Below, piece after piece: positions 48,760 through 58,208 of a stretch of 60,208 bases of DNA (position 1 is its first letter; each line of letters begins with the position of its first letter). The stretch comes from Patescibacteria group bacterium (GTDB lineage: Bacteria > Patescibacteriota > Minisyncoccia > UBA6257 > HR35). The DNA is taken from NCBI GenBank assembly GCA_030550735.1, contig JAUQOT010000001.1, forward strand, positions 1 through 60,208, written 5' to 3'. The position numbers and the translations under genes are program-made. Below the pieces are notes generated by a model. The model saw only the letters and a list, made by a program, of their open reading frames with translations, made no database searches and was not told the DNA's origin.

Positions 48760-50522
48760 CTCGTTTTTAAAATCTCTTTTAAAACATTGTTTGGTACTTT
48801 AACTTTACCTTTAAAAATTTTTTCCAATTTTTTCTTTCCTCTTTTCTGTTTTTGCCACAATTTCATTTTTCTTGTTCGATCACCACCATAAAGCCAACCA
48901 GCAATATCTCGATAAATAGCAGGTATTGTTTCGCGAGCAATAATTTTTTTATTAACTTTTGCTTGAAGTTTAATAGGGAATTCTTGACGAGGTAAAAGTT
49001 CTTTTAGTTTTAAAAGAATTTTTCTTCCAATTCTTTCTGCTTTTTCCCGAGGAACTATTCTTGAAAGACTTGGTTCTTTTTCTTCAGCAATTAAAATATC
49101 TAACTTAACTAAATCACTTTTTTCATAATGAGAAAAAGTCCATTTTAAAGAAGCATAACCTGAAGAAAGAGATTTAAGTTCATCAAAAAACCCAAAAACA
49201 ATTTCTTCAAGAGGCAATTTTGCAGAAATTTTTATTATTCTTTGTTCATAATCAATTTTTATAATTTCTCCTCTATGTTCTTTAATTAAAAGAGAAATAC
49301 CTTCCAAAAAATTTAATGGAGAGTAAATTTCAACATTAGCAATTGGTTCTAAAATTTCTTCGATTTGAAACTCATCGGGCAATTCCTGAGCATTTTTAAT
49401 TTCAAGAATTTTTTGATTTCTAAGTTTCACTAAATACTTAACCGATGGCACAGAAATAAAAATTTCTGTCCCAAATTCTCTTTTTAATCTTTCTTCAAAA
49501 ATCTCTAAATGTAAAAGCCCTAAAGCACCAACAGTAAAACCTTTGCCCAAAAGAGGATGAGCGCACGGCTGAAGAAATATAGCTGGATCATTAAGATGAA
49601 GTTTTAAAACATTTTCTTTAAAAACTTCATATTTTTTTTCATCATTAGGAAAAATATTAGCAAAAACATTGGGAACAGGTTCTTCATAACCAGGAAGAGG
49701 TGGAGAATCTGGATCTAAAGTTATTGTCTCTCCTATTTTTAAAATTCCTGGGTCTTTTATTCCGGTAGCTAAATAACCAATCATTCCTTCGCTTAAAACA
49801 TCAACTTCAAAAAGTTCAGGTTTAAAAATACCAACTTCAAGAATTTTGAATTTATAATTTTTTTGTTTTAAAAAAGCAAATTCATTTTTTTTAAATTCTC
49901 CCCTAAAAACCCTGATATGAGCTATAACTCCTTTATAAGGATCAAAATGAGAATCGAAAATTAAAGCTTGAGAATATTTACTTTTTTCAATTTGTGGTGG
50001 GGGGATTTTTTTAATAATTCCCTCCAAAAGTTCCTCTATGCCTTTCCCTGTTTTAGCCGAAATAAGATAAATTTCCTCTTCTCCGGTTAATTCATAGATT
50101 TCTAACATTAATTCATCTAAATTTTTTATTTCTAAATCAATTTTATTTATCGCTGGAATAATTTTTAAGTTTTGCTTTTTAGCTAATTCAAAATTAGAAA
50201 CAGTTTGAGCTTGAATTCCTTGAGTGCCGTCAATTAAAAGAATTGCTCCCTCAACAGCAGCTAAAGCTCGAGAAACTTCGTAGGAAAAATCAACATGTCC
50301 AGGGGTATCAATTAAATTTAAGAAAAAATCTTTGTATTTCATTGTCACGGGTTGCATTTTAATCGTTATACCTTTTTCTCTTTCTAAAGACAATCTATCT
50401 AAATATTGAGGAATAAGTTTTTCTTTAGGAACTGTCTTTGTAATCTCCAAAAATCTATCAGCTAAAGTAGATTTTCCATGATCGATATGAGCTATAATAG
50501 CAAAATTGCGAATTTTAACCAT
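48756..50522 (-). CDS. lepA: Elongation factor 4 (LepA)
   Basis: IRNFAIIAHIDHGKSTLADR, DTPGHVDF, NKIDL, and the LepA-specific C-terminal domain; 588 aa. Confidence 0.94.
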   Translation of the reverse strand: MVKIRNFAIIAHIDHGKSTLADRFLEITKTVPKEKLIPQYLDRLSLEREKGITIKMQPVTMKYKDFFLNLIDTPGHVDFSYEVSRALAAVEGAILLIDGTQGIQAQTVSNFELAKKQNLKIIPAINKIDLEIKNLDELMLEIYELTGEEEIYLISAKTGKGIEELLEGIIKKIPPPQIEKSKYSQALIFDSHFDPYKGVIAHIRVFRGEFKKNEFAFLKQKNYKFKILEVGIFKPELFEVDVLSEGMIGYLATGIKDPGILKIGETITLDPDSPPLPGYEEPVPNVFANIFPNDEKKYEVFKENVLKLHLNDPAIFLQPCAHPLLGKGFTVGALGLLHLEIFEERLKREFGTEIFISVPSVKYLVKLRNQKILEIKNAQELPDEFQIEEILEPIANVEIYSPLNFLEGISLLIKEHRGEIIKIDYEQRIIKISAKLPLEEIVFGFFDELKSLSSGYASLKWTFSHYEKSDLVKLDILIAEEKEPSLSRIVPREKAERIGRKILLKLKELLPRQEFPIKLQAKVNKKIIARETIPAIYRDIAGWLYGGDRTRKMKLWQKQKRGKKKLEKIFKGKVKVPNNVLKEILKTR

Positions 50523-50538
50523 TTTAAGAAATTTATCT

Positions 50539-50877
50539 CTAAACTAAGAATTTACTCGCACAAGAACGGCAATAAGGAGTTGCTGGATCTAAATTTAATC
50601 TTATTTCCTCTATTTCTTTGCCACAATTTTCACAAATACTGTATTTCCCTTCTTCAAATTTTTTTAAAGCTTTATCAATTAAAGTTAACCGTTTTCGAAG
50701 GGATTCTTCTTGAAGATGGATTTCTTCACGAAATTCATAAATATTAGCATAATCACTTGTTTCGTAAGTTGGTTCTTCTTTTAATTCTTCTTTTTGAGTC
50801 TCAAGATTTTCAAGTAAAAGCAAGATCTCTTCTCTTTCTTTTAAAAGTTTATTTTTAAATTCTTCAAGATTAATCAT
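50539..50877 (-). CDS. DksA/TraR-family C4 zinc-finger protein
   Basis: N-terminal coiled coil, then CENCGKEIEEIRLNLDPATPYCRSC. Confidence 0.7.
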   Translation of the reverse strand: MINLEEFKNKLLKEREEILLLLENLETQKEELKEEPTYETSDYANIYEFREEIHLQEESLRKRLTLIDKALKKFEEGKYSICENCGKEIEEIRLNLDPATPYCRSCASKFLV

Positions 50878-52127
50878 TTTAAATAACTTAAAACCTTTTC
50901 TAAACTGTTTTCGTTTGTTCCGTAGATTACATAATTATTATATAATAACCAATAAAAGGAAGAATTGTTTTCAAAATAAGCAACGCGGTATTGGACTTTA
51001 TTAATTTCTTTATTAGAAAAGTTTTTTATTAATTTTCCTAAAGGATAATCTATAAAAAAAGTAGTTATATCTTTAATTAAACTATTTTTTTCCCATTTTT
51101 CGTTAAATTCTTTAATTAAATTAGGATTTTTAACTTCAACTATTAAAATTGGATGTTTTCTTGTTAAAGAATAATAAATTAAAAGATTGTATTTTTCACC
51201 AAAATTGTTATAAAAAAATGATTTATCTTGAGTAAATGATGGCTTTAAGAAATAATCTCTTATAAAACTAAAAGGAACTCTTTTTCCGTTTGAAATTATT
51301 TCGAGATTAATTAAAAAACCAGACGTTTCTTGTTTTAGAAAGAAATTTTTTAATTTCTCTGTTAACTCTTTTTCATCTAAATTAGACAATCTTATTTCTC
51401 GAAAAGGCAGAAAACTGAAATTAGAAATACCTAAAGAAGGCTGAAAATTTAAAGAAGAAATTTCAGTTTTTTCTTTAATTGATAATGTGGTTTCTTTTTT
51501 AACATCTTCAGGGGGAGGGGTTGGTAATTCTATTTCTGAAGAAGTTTTCGATGATAGATTTATTTCTTGAGTCTTAAATTCTGGTTCTTTTAGTTCTTCC
51601 TTTGGTAAAATAAGTTCTTCTTCAATTTTTCTTTCTTCATTTTGAACTAAAAATTTCTGGAAATAGTCTTTTTTAATAAAAAGAAAAACTATTAAAATAA
51701 CTCCTATTAGTCCTAAAAATATAGGCAAAAAAATTTTAAGATTTAAAGAAAAAGAAAACTGAGGAAAAGAAATTTTTCTTTTGTTTTCTTCTACTTCTTC
51801 GTGAATAACTTTTAGTTTGGCCTCAATTGTTGTTTTTTCTTGAATTGATGGTTTAAAAACAAAAGGTTGGGGTTGGGGTTGGGGTTGGGAAGTAACCTTA
51901 AGTTCCTCATACTTAAATGGTGGAGTTACAATTTTTTCCTTTCCCTCTTTAACCGGTTTTTCAATTTCCGTTTTAATTAAAGGAGCAGAAGAAGGAAGTT
52001 CGTGTCTCTCTATTTTTAATTCTTTTTTTTCTGGTGCCTCTTTTTTAACTTCAAAAACCTCCTCACCAATTAAATGCTCAGGACTCAAAAAGCTATATTT
52101 TATTTCCTCAGAATTATTTTCGGGCAT
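50874..52127 (-). CDS. Hypothetical bitopic membrane protein
   Basis: 417 aa. K/E/P-rich N-terminal region containing QPQPQPQP, one TM (IFLPIFLGLIGVILIVFLFI), and a C-terminal domain of about 260 aa with no recognised motif. Overlaps pnp and the DksA-like gene. Confidence 0.55.
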   Translation of the reverse strand: MPENNSEEIKYSFLSPEHLIGEEVFEVKKEAPEKKELKIERHELPSSAPLIKTEIEKPVKEGKEKIVTPPFKYEELKVTSQPQPQPQPFVFKPSIQEKTTIEAKLKVIHEEVEENKRKISFPQFSFSLNLKIFLPIFLGLIGVILIVFLFIKKDYFQKFLVQNEERKIEEELILPKEELKEPEFKTQEINLSSKTSSEIELPTPPPEDVKKETTLSIKEKTEISSLNFQPSLGISNFSFLPFREIRLSNLDEKELTEKLKNFFLKQETSGFLINLEIISNGKRVPFSFIRDYFLKPSFTQDKSFFYNNFGEKYNLLIYYSLTRKHPILIVEVKNPNLIKEFNEKWEKNSLIKDITTFFIDYPLGKLIKNFSNKEINKVQYRVAYFENNSSFYWLLYNNYVIYGTNENSLEKVLSYLK

Positions 52128-54177
52128 CTTTTAAAGAAACAGAAATCTTTCCGTCTTGACTAATATTTTTAATTAACACCCAATATTCTTCTCCTATTTT
52201 AATTTCATTTTCAATGTTTTCTATTTTTTTATCAGCTATTTCCGAAATATGAAGAAGGGCCGTTCGATTAGGAGATAGCTCTAAAATTGCACCAAAAGGT
52301 AAGATCTTTATTACTTTACCCTTAACAAGTTCACCAATTTTAAAAGCATCTGCGATTCCCTTAATCCAATTTTTTACTAATTCAAAATTAGAGTTTTTAT
52401 CTCCGATAATATATAAAGTCCCATCCGGTTGGATGTCAATTTTTACATTTGTTGCTCCAATAATTTCATTAATTGTTTTTCCTCCTGTTCCAATAACCAA
52501 ACCAATTTTAGTAGGATCAATTTTTATAACTTCAATTCTTGGAGCATATTCACTTAAAACTAATGGTTTTTCAATTATTTTTTTCATAAAATCTAAAATA
52601 AAAAGTCTCGCTTCCTTTCCTCTCAAAAATGCTTCTTTAATTTGATTTAAATTTAAACCCTCAATCTTAACATCTAATTGAATAGCTGTTATTCCCTCTT
52701 CGGTTCCTGCAATCTTAAAATCCATCGCTCCAAAAAAATCTTCAGGTCCTTGAATATCTGTTAAAAGCTCATAATTAAAATCATCTTCATAAACCATACC
52801 CACGCTTATCCCAGCAACATGTTTTTTGAGTGGAACTCCGGCAGCCATTAAAGCTAATGATGAAGCGCAAACTGATCCCATTGAAGTTGAACCATTTGAA
52901 GATAAAACTTCAGAGACAACTCTAATGGTGTAAGGAAATTCTTCTTGAGAGGGAATAAGATTTCTTAAAGCTTTTTCTACTAATTCACCATGACCAATTT
53001 CTCTTCGAGAAACAGTCTTTTGCGATCCGATTTCACCAGTTGAAAAAGGCGGAAAATTGTAATGATGAAGAAATCGTTTAAAACCTTCAAATTCAATCTC
53101 TCTTAACCACAATTCTTCACCAGGAGAAGCAAGAGTAACGGTTGAAAGAATGTGGGTTAAACCTCTCATAAATAAAGCTGAACCATGAACTCGAGGAAGA
53201 AGGTTGATTTTAGCCTCAAGAGGGCGAATATCTTTTAATCCCCTTCCATCTGGACGAATTTTATCTTTTAAAACTTTGCTTTGAAAAATTTTCTTATAAA
53301 TTTTCACCAAAGAACTCCTTATATAAGGTTTTAATTCATTAAAACTTTCTTCGTTTTCAATCAAATCAAAAACCTCTTGCCACGGTCTATCACCCTCTTC
53401 AAGACTGAACAATTTTTTTTCAAGATTTAAATTATTTTTTTCTAAATAATCTAATAAAATTTTTTCACTTTCTTTATATAAACTTTCATCTAATTTAACT
53501 TCTTCTCTCGAAATTTGAGGTAAAGATCTTATAAAATTAACAATTTCCTTAATTTCATCCAAACCAATCTCGATAAACTTTAGCACCAAATCTTCTTTTA
53601 TCTCTTTACCCTCAAATTCGATCATGTTAATCTTATTTTCTGTTCCGCTAAGAACAAGATTAAAATCAAAATCATTACTTAAACTATTTACTAAAACTTC
53701 TCCATTTTTATAAATAATGCTAACCCCTCCAATAGGACTTAATGATGGCACTCCTAAAAGATGAATTGCTACTGAAGTAGAAAGAAGAGATAAAACTCCT
53801 GGATCAATAGAAAAATCATAAGAAAGAACAATATTATTTATGTGAAGCTGCTTTTTAAAGTAAGGAGAAATGATTGGTCTAATACTTCTATCAATTAATC
53901 GAGCATTTAAAATTGCTGAGATTGAAGGTTTGCCTTCCCTTCTAATAAATCTACTTCCATAAATTTTACCAACAGCATAAAATTTTTCTTCATAATCGAC
54001 AGTAAGAGGCAAAAAATCTATTTCAGGCAATTCTTTCCCTAAATTGATTGTTGTAAAAATAACGCTTTCTTTGTGTTTTGTTGTTAAAGAAATAAGCGAT
54101 CTTTCAGCCCAGTTATTAACTTCGAATTCTATTTCATAACCATATTTTTTACTTTTATAAATATAAGCTTTCTGCAT
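52114..54177 (-). CDS. pnp: Polyribonucleotide nucleotidyltransferase (PNPase)
   Basis: Two RNase PH-like halves, KH (VIGTGGKTINEI) and S1 (GELVKGKVIKILPFGAILEL); 687 aa. Confidence 0.94.
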   Translation of the reverse strand: MQKAYIYKSKKYGYEIEFEVNNWAERSLISLTTKHKESVIFTTINLGKELPEIDFLPLTVDYEEKFYAVGKIYGSRFIRREGKPSISAILNARLIDRSIRPIISPYFKKQLHINNIVLSYDFSIDPGVLSLLSTSVAIHLLGVPSLSPIGGVSIIYKNGEVLVNSLSNDFDFNLVLSGTENKINMIEFEGKEIKEDLVLKFIEIGLDEIKEIVNFIRSLPQISREEVKLDESLYKESEKILLDYLEKNNLNLEKKLFSLEEGDRPWQEVFDLIENEESFNELKPYIRSSLVKIYKKIFQSKVLKDKIRPDGRGLKDIRPLEAKINLLPRVHGSALFMRGLTHILSTVTLASPGEELWLREIEFEGFKRFLHHYNFPPFSTGEIGSQKTVSRREIGHGELVEKALRNLIPSQEEFPYTIRVVSEVLSSNGSTSMGSVCASSLALMAAGVPLKKHVAGISVGMVYEDDFNYELLTDIQGPEDFFGAMDFKIAGTEEGITAIQLDVKIEGLNLNQIKEAFLRGKEARLFILDFMKKIIEKPLVLSEYAPRIEVIKIDPTKIGLVIGTGGKTINEIIGATNVKIDIQPDGTLYIIGDKNSNFELVKNWIKGIADAFKIGELVKGKVIKILPFGAILELSPNRTALLHISEIADKKIENIENEIKIGEEYWVLIKNISQDGKISVSLKDARK

Positions 54178-54179
54178 TT

Positions 54180-54683
54180 TTAAATTAAAACCAGATTGGC
54201 AAATTCATTAAGATCATAGTAATAATCAGCTTGTTCTTTTAATTTTACCGATGTTGTTTGGGAAAAACCAGCGACTTCAACTTGTTTTCCTAAATTCTGA
54301 AGATAATCAACAAGAGGAAGAAAATCACCATCACCTGTTACAAGAATGATCACATCGGCTAAATTAGAAAACCTTATTGCATCAACAGCCAAACCAACAT
54401 CCCAATCAGCTTTTTTTGTCCCATCGGGATAAATTTGAAGCTCTTTAACTCGAAGCTGAATACCTTGACTAATCAGAGCTTCAAAAAATTCTGTCTCTTT
54501 TGTTGTTAATTCTGATTTAATCACGTAAGCTAGAACTTTAACTAATTTTCTTGGACCACAAAGAACTAATACTAATTTTTTAAAATCAACTTTTTTTCCA
54601 TAAAGATTTTTAGCTGAATGATAAATATTTTGGGTATCAAGAAAAATAGCTACCCTTTGATCTTCGTAAACAAAGGGATTCAT
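54180..54683 (-). CDS. NYN-domain (LabA/DUF88-like) putative ribonuclease
   Basis: VAIFLDTQNIYHSAKN... and ILVTGDGDFLPLVDYLQNLGKQVEV, typical NYN acidic motifs. ATGA overlap with rpsO, and 2 nt from pnp. Confidence 0.75.
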   Translation of the reverse strand: MNPFVYEDQRVAIFLDTQNIYHSAKNLYGKKVDFKKLVLVLCGPRKLVKVLAYVIKSELTTKETEFFEALISQGIQLRVKELQIYPDGTKKADWDVGLAVDAIRFSNLADVIILVTGDGDFLPLVDYLQNLGKQVEVAGFSQTTSVKLKEQADYYYDLNEFANLVLI

Positions 54684-54943
54684 AAACCAAGTTTTTTGAC
54701 TAATTTTTTATATCTCTCAAGCGAAACAGTTTGGAGATATTTTAAAAGTTTTCGGCGATGAGCAATTTTTAAAATTAAACCCCTTTTCGAATTCTTGTCC
54801 TGTTTGTGTTTTTTTAAATGCTCAACTAATTTTAAAATTTCTTCAGTTAAAATTGCTATTTGAACCTCGGGGCTTCCTGTATCTTTTTCATGTCTACCTA
54901 ATTCTTCGATTATTTTTCTTATTTTTTCTTTCGTTATTCCCAT
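54680..54943 (-). CDS. rpsO: Ribosomal protein S15
   Basis: GRHEKDTGSPEVQIAILTEEI...HLKKHKQDKNSKRGL. Confidence 0.93.
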   Translation of the reverse strand: MGITKEKIRKIIEELGRHEKDTGSPEVQIAILTEEILKLVEHLKKHKQDKNSKRGLILKIAHRRKLLKYLQTVSLERYKKLVKKLGL

Positions 54944-55862
54944 GGTTTATAATTATTTTAACACAATAAGAATGGAAATTCAAAAGTTAGAAAAATGGCT
55001 AGAAAGATTTGAGGATTATTTAAGTTTAGAAAAAAATAAAAGCAAGGGGACGGTGAAAAATTATCTTCTTCGTTTAAGAAAATTTTTCGAATGGCTTAAG
55101 GAAAAAAAAATAAAAAATTTAGATGAAGATACCATTTTTCAATTTAGAAGTTGGTTAAATAAAAAAGGGATTAAAATAAAAACACAAGCTTATTATCTTA
55201 TTTCTTTAAGATCCTTTTTCAAATTTTTGAGGAAAAAAGGAGAAAATATAATTGATCCAGAAAAAATAGAACTCCCTAAAATACCAGAAAGAGAAATAAC
55301 CATCTTAACTGACGAAGAACTTGAAAGACTTCTAAGTACTCCACAGGGTGATGATTTAAAATCTTTAAGAGATAAAGCTATTTTAGAAACTCTTTTTAGC
55401 ACTGGTTTAAGAATTTCTGAACTTTGTTCTTTAAATCGAGATATTGATCTTCAAAAAGGAGAAATTTTAGTTAAAGGTAAAGGTGAAAAACATAGATTAG
55501 TTTTTTTATCACCCAAAGCAAAAGAAGCTATTAAAAAATATTTAGAAAAAAGAAACGATACAAATCTTGCTCTTTTTATAAATTTAAGTAAAAGTAAAGC
55601 TTATGAAAGAATAACGCCAAGAGGGGTTCAGAAAATTATCAAATATTATGCTAAAAAAGCTGGAATAACAAAAAAGATAACTCCGCATACTTTAAGACAT
55701 CAATTTGCTACTGATCTCCTTATTTCGGGAGCTGATTTAAGAGCTATTCAACTTCTTTTAGGACATAAAAATATCCAAACAACCCAAATTTATACCCATC
55801 TAACAAACAAAGAGTTAAAATTAATTCATCAAGCATTCCATGGTAAAAGAAGAAAAAAATAA
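54942..55862 (+). CDS. xerC: Tyrosine recombinase XerC/XerD family
   Basis: SAM-like N-domain, then TGLRISEL, HTLRHQFAT, LLGHKNIQTTQIYTH (R-H-R-H-Y set). The start may instead be the Met at 54972. Confidence 0.85.
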   Translation: MVYNYFNTIRMEIQKLEKWLERFEDYLSLEKNKSKGTVKNYLLRLRKFFEWLKEKKIKNLDEDTIFQFRSWLNKKGIKIKTQAYYLISLRSFFKFLRKKGENIIDPEKIELPKIPEREITILTDEELERLLSTPQGDDLKSLRDKAILETLFSTGLRISELCSLNRDIDLQKGEILVKGKGEKHRLVFLSPKAKEAIKKYLEKRNDTNLALFINLSKSKAYERITPRGVQKIIKYYAKKAGITKKITPHTLRHQFATDLLISGADLRAIQLLLGHKNIQTTQIYTHLTNKELKLIHQAFHGKRRKK

Positions 55863-55916
55863 ACTTATTTAAAAAATTAAAAATTTTAATGTTTAAAATT
55901 AAATTAAGACAGAAGA

Positions 55917-57287
55917 ATGTTATTTTACAATTCCTTAACAAGAAAAAAAGAAAGATTCAAACCAATAAAAGATAACTTAGTAAGAATGTATGTTTGTGGA
56001 CCAACTGTTTATGGTCCAAGTCATTTAGGACATGCAGTAACTTATATAAGATTTGATTTTATAAGAAGATTTTTAGAATTTTTAGGTTATAAAGTTAAAT
56101 TTGTTATGAACATCACTGATATTCATGATGATATTTTGAAAAAAGCTCGGGAATTAAAAATTCCACCTCAAAAATTGGCTAATAAATATACACAGGAATT
56201 TTTTAAAGATTTAGAAAGCTTAAAAATTAAAAAAGCATTTAAATATCCAAGAGTAAGTGAACATTTAAAAGAAATTATTGAATTAATAAAAATTCTTCTT
56301 AAAAAAGGTTTTGCTTATGAAACAAATGATGGCGTTTATTTTGATATTAGTAAATTCAAAAATTATGGTAAGCTTTCAGGAATAAAGTTAGAAAAAGAAA
56401 TTACTGGAACAAGAGTCAAAACTGATAAATATGAAAAAGAAGAGGTTTCTGATTTTGCTTTATGGAAAAAAGAAAATGATGAATGGCTCTTTGATTCTCC
56501 TTGGGGCAAAGGGAGGCCTGGTTGGCATATTGAGTGTTCAGCTATGTCAATAAAATATTTAGGTATCCATTTTGATCTTCATGGTGGTGCTCTTGATTTA
56601 ATTTTTCCGCATCATGAAAATGAAATTGCTCAGTCAGAAGCAGCTCATAATAAAAAATTCGTCAATTTTTATCTTCATTCAGGACTTTTATATGTAAATG
56701 GGCAAAAAATGTCAAAATCGTTAGGTAATTATATTGAACTAAAAGATTATCTTAAAAAAAATTCAGCAGCTTTTTTAAGATTTTTTGTTTTTCTTCATCA
56801 TTATAGAAGTCCGATTGATTTTAACGAAAAAAATCTCGAAGAGGCTAAAAATTCTTTTAATTCATTAAGAGAAAAAATAGCTAAATTAATTCAAATAAAA
56901 AACCTTAAAGGAAAAAAAGAAATAAAATTAAAAACTTATAAAGTAAAAATTTTAAAGGCTCTTGAAGATGATTTTAACTCGCCCTTAGCTCTAAGTTTTA
57001 TTTTTTCTCTTTTAAAAGAAGCAGACGATCTTTTAAATAAAAACGAATTATCTGAAAATTCTCGAAAAGAAGTTTTATCTTTTCTTAAATCACTAGATAA
57101 ATTTCTCTTTTTTATTTTCCCATGGGAAAGTATTCCCCTAAAAATTAAAAATTTAGTAAAGAAAAGAGAGAAATTAAGAAAAAATAAAAAATTTAATGAA
57201 GCTGATAAAATAAGAGAAAAAATTAAAGATTTAGGTTATAGTTTGATTGATTTACAAAAAACAGTTGTCTATAAAATAGAAACTTAA
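55917..57287 (+). CDS. cysS: Cysteinyl-tRNA synthetase
   Basis: MLFYNSLTRKKERF, HLGHAVT (HIGH), KMSKSLGN. Confidence 0.94.
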   Translation: MLFYNSLTRKKERFKPIKDNLVRMYVCGPTVYGPSHLGHAVTYIRFDFIRRFLEFLGYKVKFVMNITDIHDDILKKARELKIPPQKLANKYTQEFFKDLESLKIKKAFKYPRVSEHLKEIIELIKILLKKGFAYETNDGVYFDISKFKNYGKLSGIKLEKEITGTRVKTDKYEKEEVSDFALWKKENDEWLFDSPWGKGRPGWHIECSAMSIKYLGIHFDLHGGALDLIFPHHENEIAQSEAAHNKKFVNFYLHSGLLYVNGQKMSKSLGNYIELKDYLKKNSAAFLRFFVFLHHYRSPIDFNEKNLEEAKNSFNSLREKIAKLIQIKNLKGKKEIKLKTYKVKILKALEDDFNSPLALSFIFSLLKEADDLLNKNELSENSRKEVLSFLKSLDKFLFFIFPWESIPLKIKNLVKKREKLRKNKKFNEADKIREKIKDLGYSLIDLQKTVVYKIET

Positions 57288-57309
57288 AAAAATTTAACTA
57301 AAATAATAT

Positions 57310-58203
57310 TTATCTTTTGGCTATTAGAGAAATAATTATTTGATCTATGTTTTCTTTAAGAGGTTTAATTTTATCAGAATCTATTAACCTAATTATTTTT
57401 TCAAGTTTTTCTTTTAAATAACTTAACGATTTTAAGTATTTATCTTTTTCTTCTTGGGATATTAAGGGAGGAAAATTTGGTAAATAACGATGATAATAAC
57501 CAAGAGTTTCTACTAAAATACTATTTATTCTTTCGGGAAATCTTTTAATTTTCCCTTTAAACTCTACTATTTTTTCTAATTTTAAGAACCCATTTAAAAG
57601 TAATAAATTAGTCAAAATTGTTAAAAAAAGATAAAATTCTCCCATATTAATTTGAGGGTTTTCTGTTTGAGAAGATTGGACCACAAAATGAGTTTTTACT
57701 AAATTTAAGAGTCCTTCAGTATTTTGAAGTTTTATTAAACCTAAAATATTTTGAAATGAATTCATTTTTCTTTTCACACTTTCTAAATCTCCTATAATTC
57801 TTAATCCCAATTCATTGAGAATATTAATTATTAATTTTTCATATCTATCTATTACCGAGTTCAATTCATTTAAAAAACTTTCGATTTCTTTTTCTATTTC
57901 TTCTATTTGGTTTATTATCCCCTCTATATTATTTTGAGAAAACAGTTCTGATAAATTTTTTTCAGCATCGGAATACTTTCTATTTTCAATATTCTCCTCA
58001 GCTTGAGAAATTGTAGATTCTATTTCATTAATAACTTTTTCAATTTTATTTAAGATATTTCTGCCTTTTTCCGTTATGTTTTTAAATTCATTTTCAATTT
58101 TCTCTACTCTACCCTTCATTTCTTCAGAAACTTCTCCAACAATCGTTATTAAAAAAACATTTCCTTTTCCTGGAGGACTTTCTCTTCTTCTTCTTTTATC
58201 CAT
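57310..58203 (-). CDS. Hypothetical coiled-coil protein downstream of the ribonucleotide reductase gene
   Basis: About 297 aa from the first ATG (58203; the track start 58215 is TTG). Long E/K/I/N heptad-like region, then one hydrophobic stretch (FYLFLTILTNLLLLNGFL). No motif recognised. Confidence 0.5.
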   Translation of the reverse strand: MDKRRRRESPPGKGNVFLITIVGEVSEEMKGRVEKIENEFKNITEKGRNILNKIEKVINEIESTISQAEENIENRKYSDAEKNLSELFSQNNIEGIINQIEEIEKEIESFLNELNSVIDRYEKLIINILNELGLRIIGDLESVKRKMNSFQNILGLIKLQNTEGLLNLVKTHFVVQSSQTENPQINMGEFYLFLTILTNLLLLNGFLKLEKIVEFKGKIKRFPERINSILVETLGYYHRYLPNFPPLISQEEKDKYLKSLSYLKEKLEKIIRLIDSDKIKPLKENIDQIIISLIAKR

Positions 58204-58208
58204 TATTA

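Noticed and set aside
51865-51889. TTGGGG repeats as a telomere-like or foreign (ciliate) sequence
   Set aside because: There are only about four units. The tract lies in frame inside a continuous ORF encoding QPQPQPQP and is flanked by typical local sequence. It is kept only as a simple-sequence/G4 observation.
54942-55862. Tyrosine recombinase as a marker of an integrated mobile element or prophage
   Set aside because: It is flanked directly by rpsO and cysS with no spacer, no adjacent tRNA, no direct repeats and no phage or transposon genes. It fits chromosomal XerC/D.
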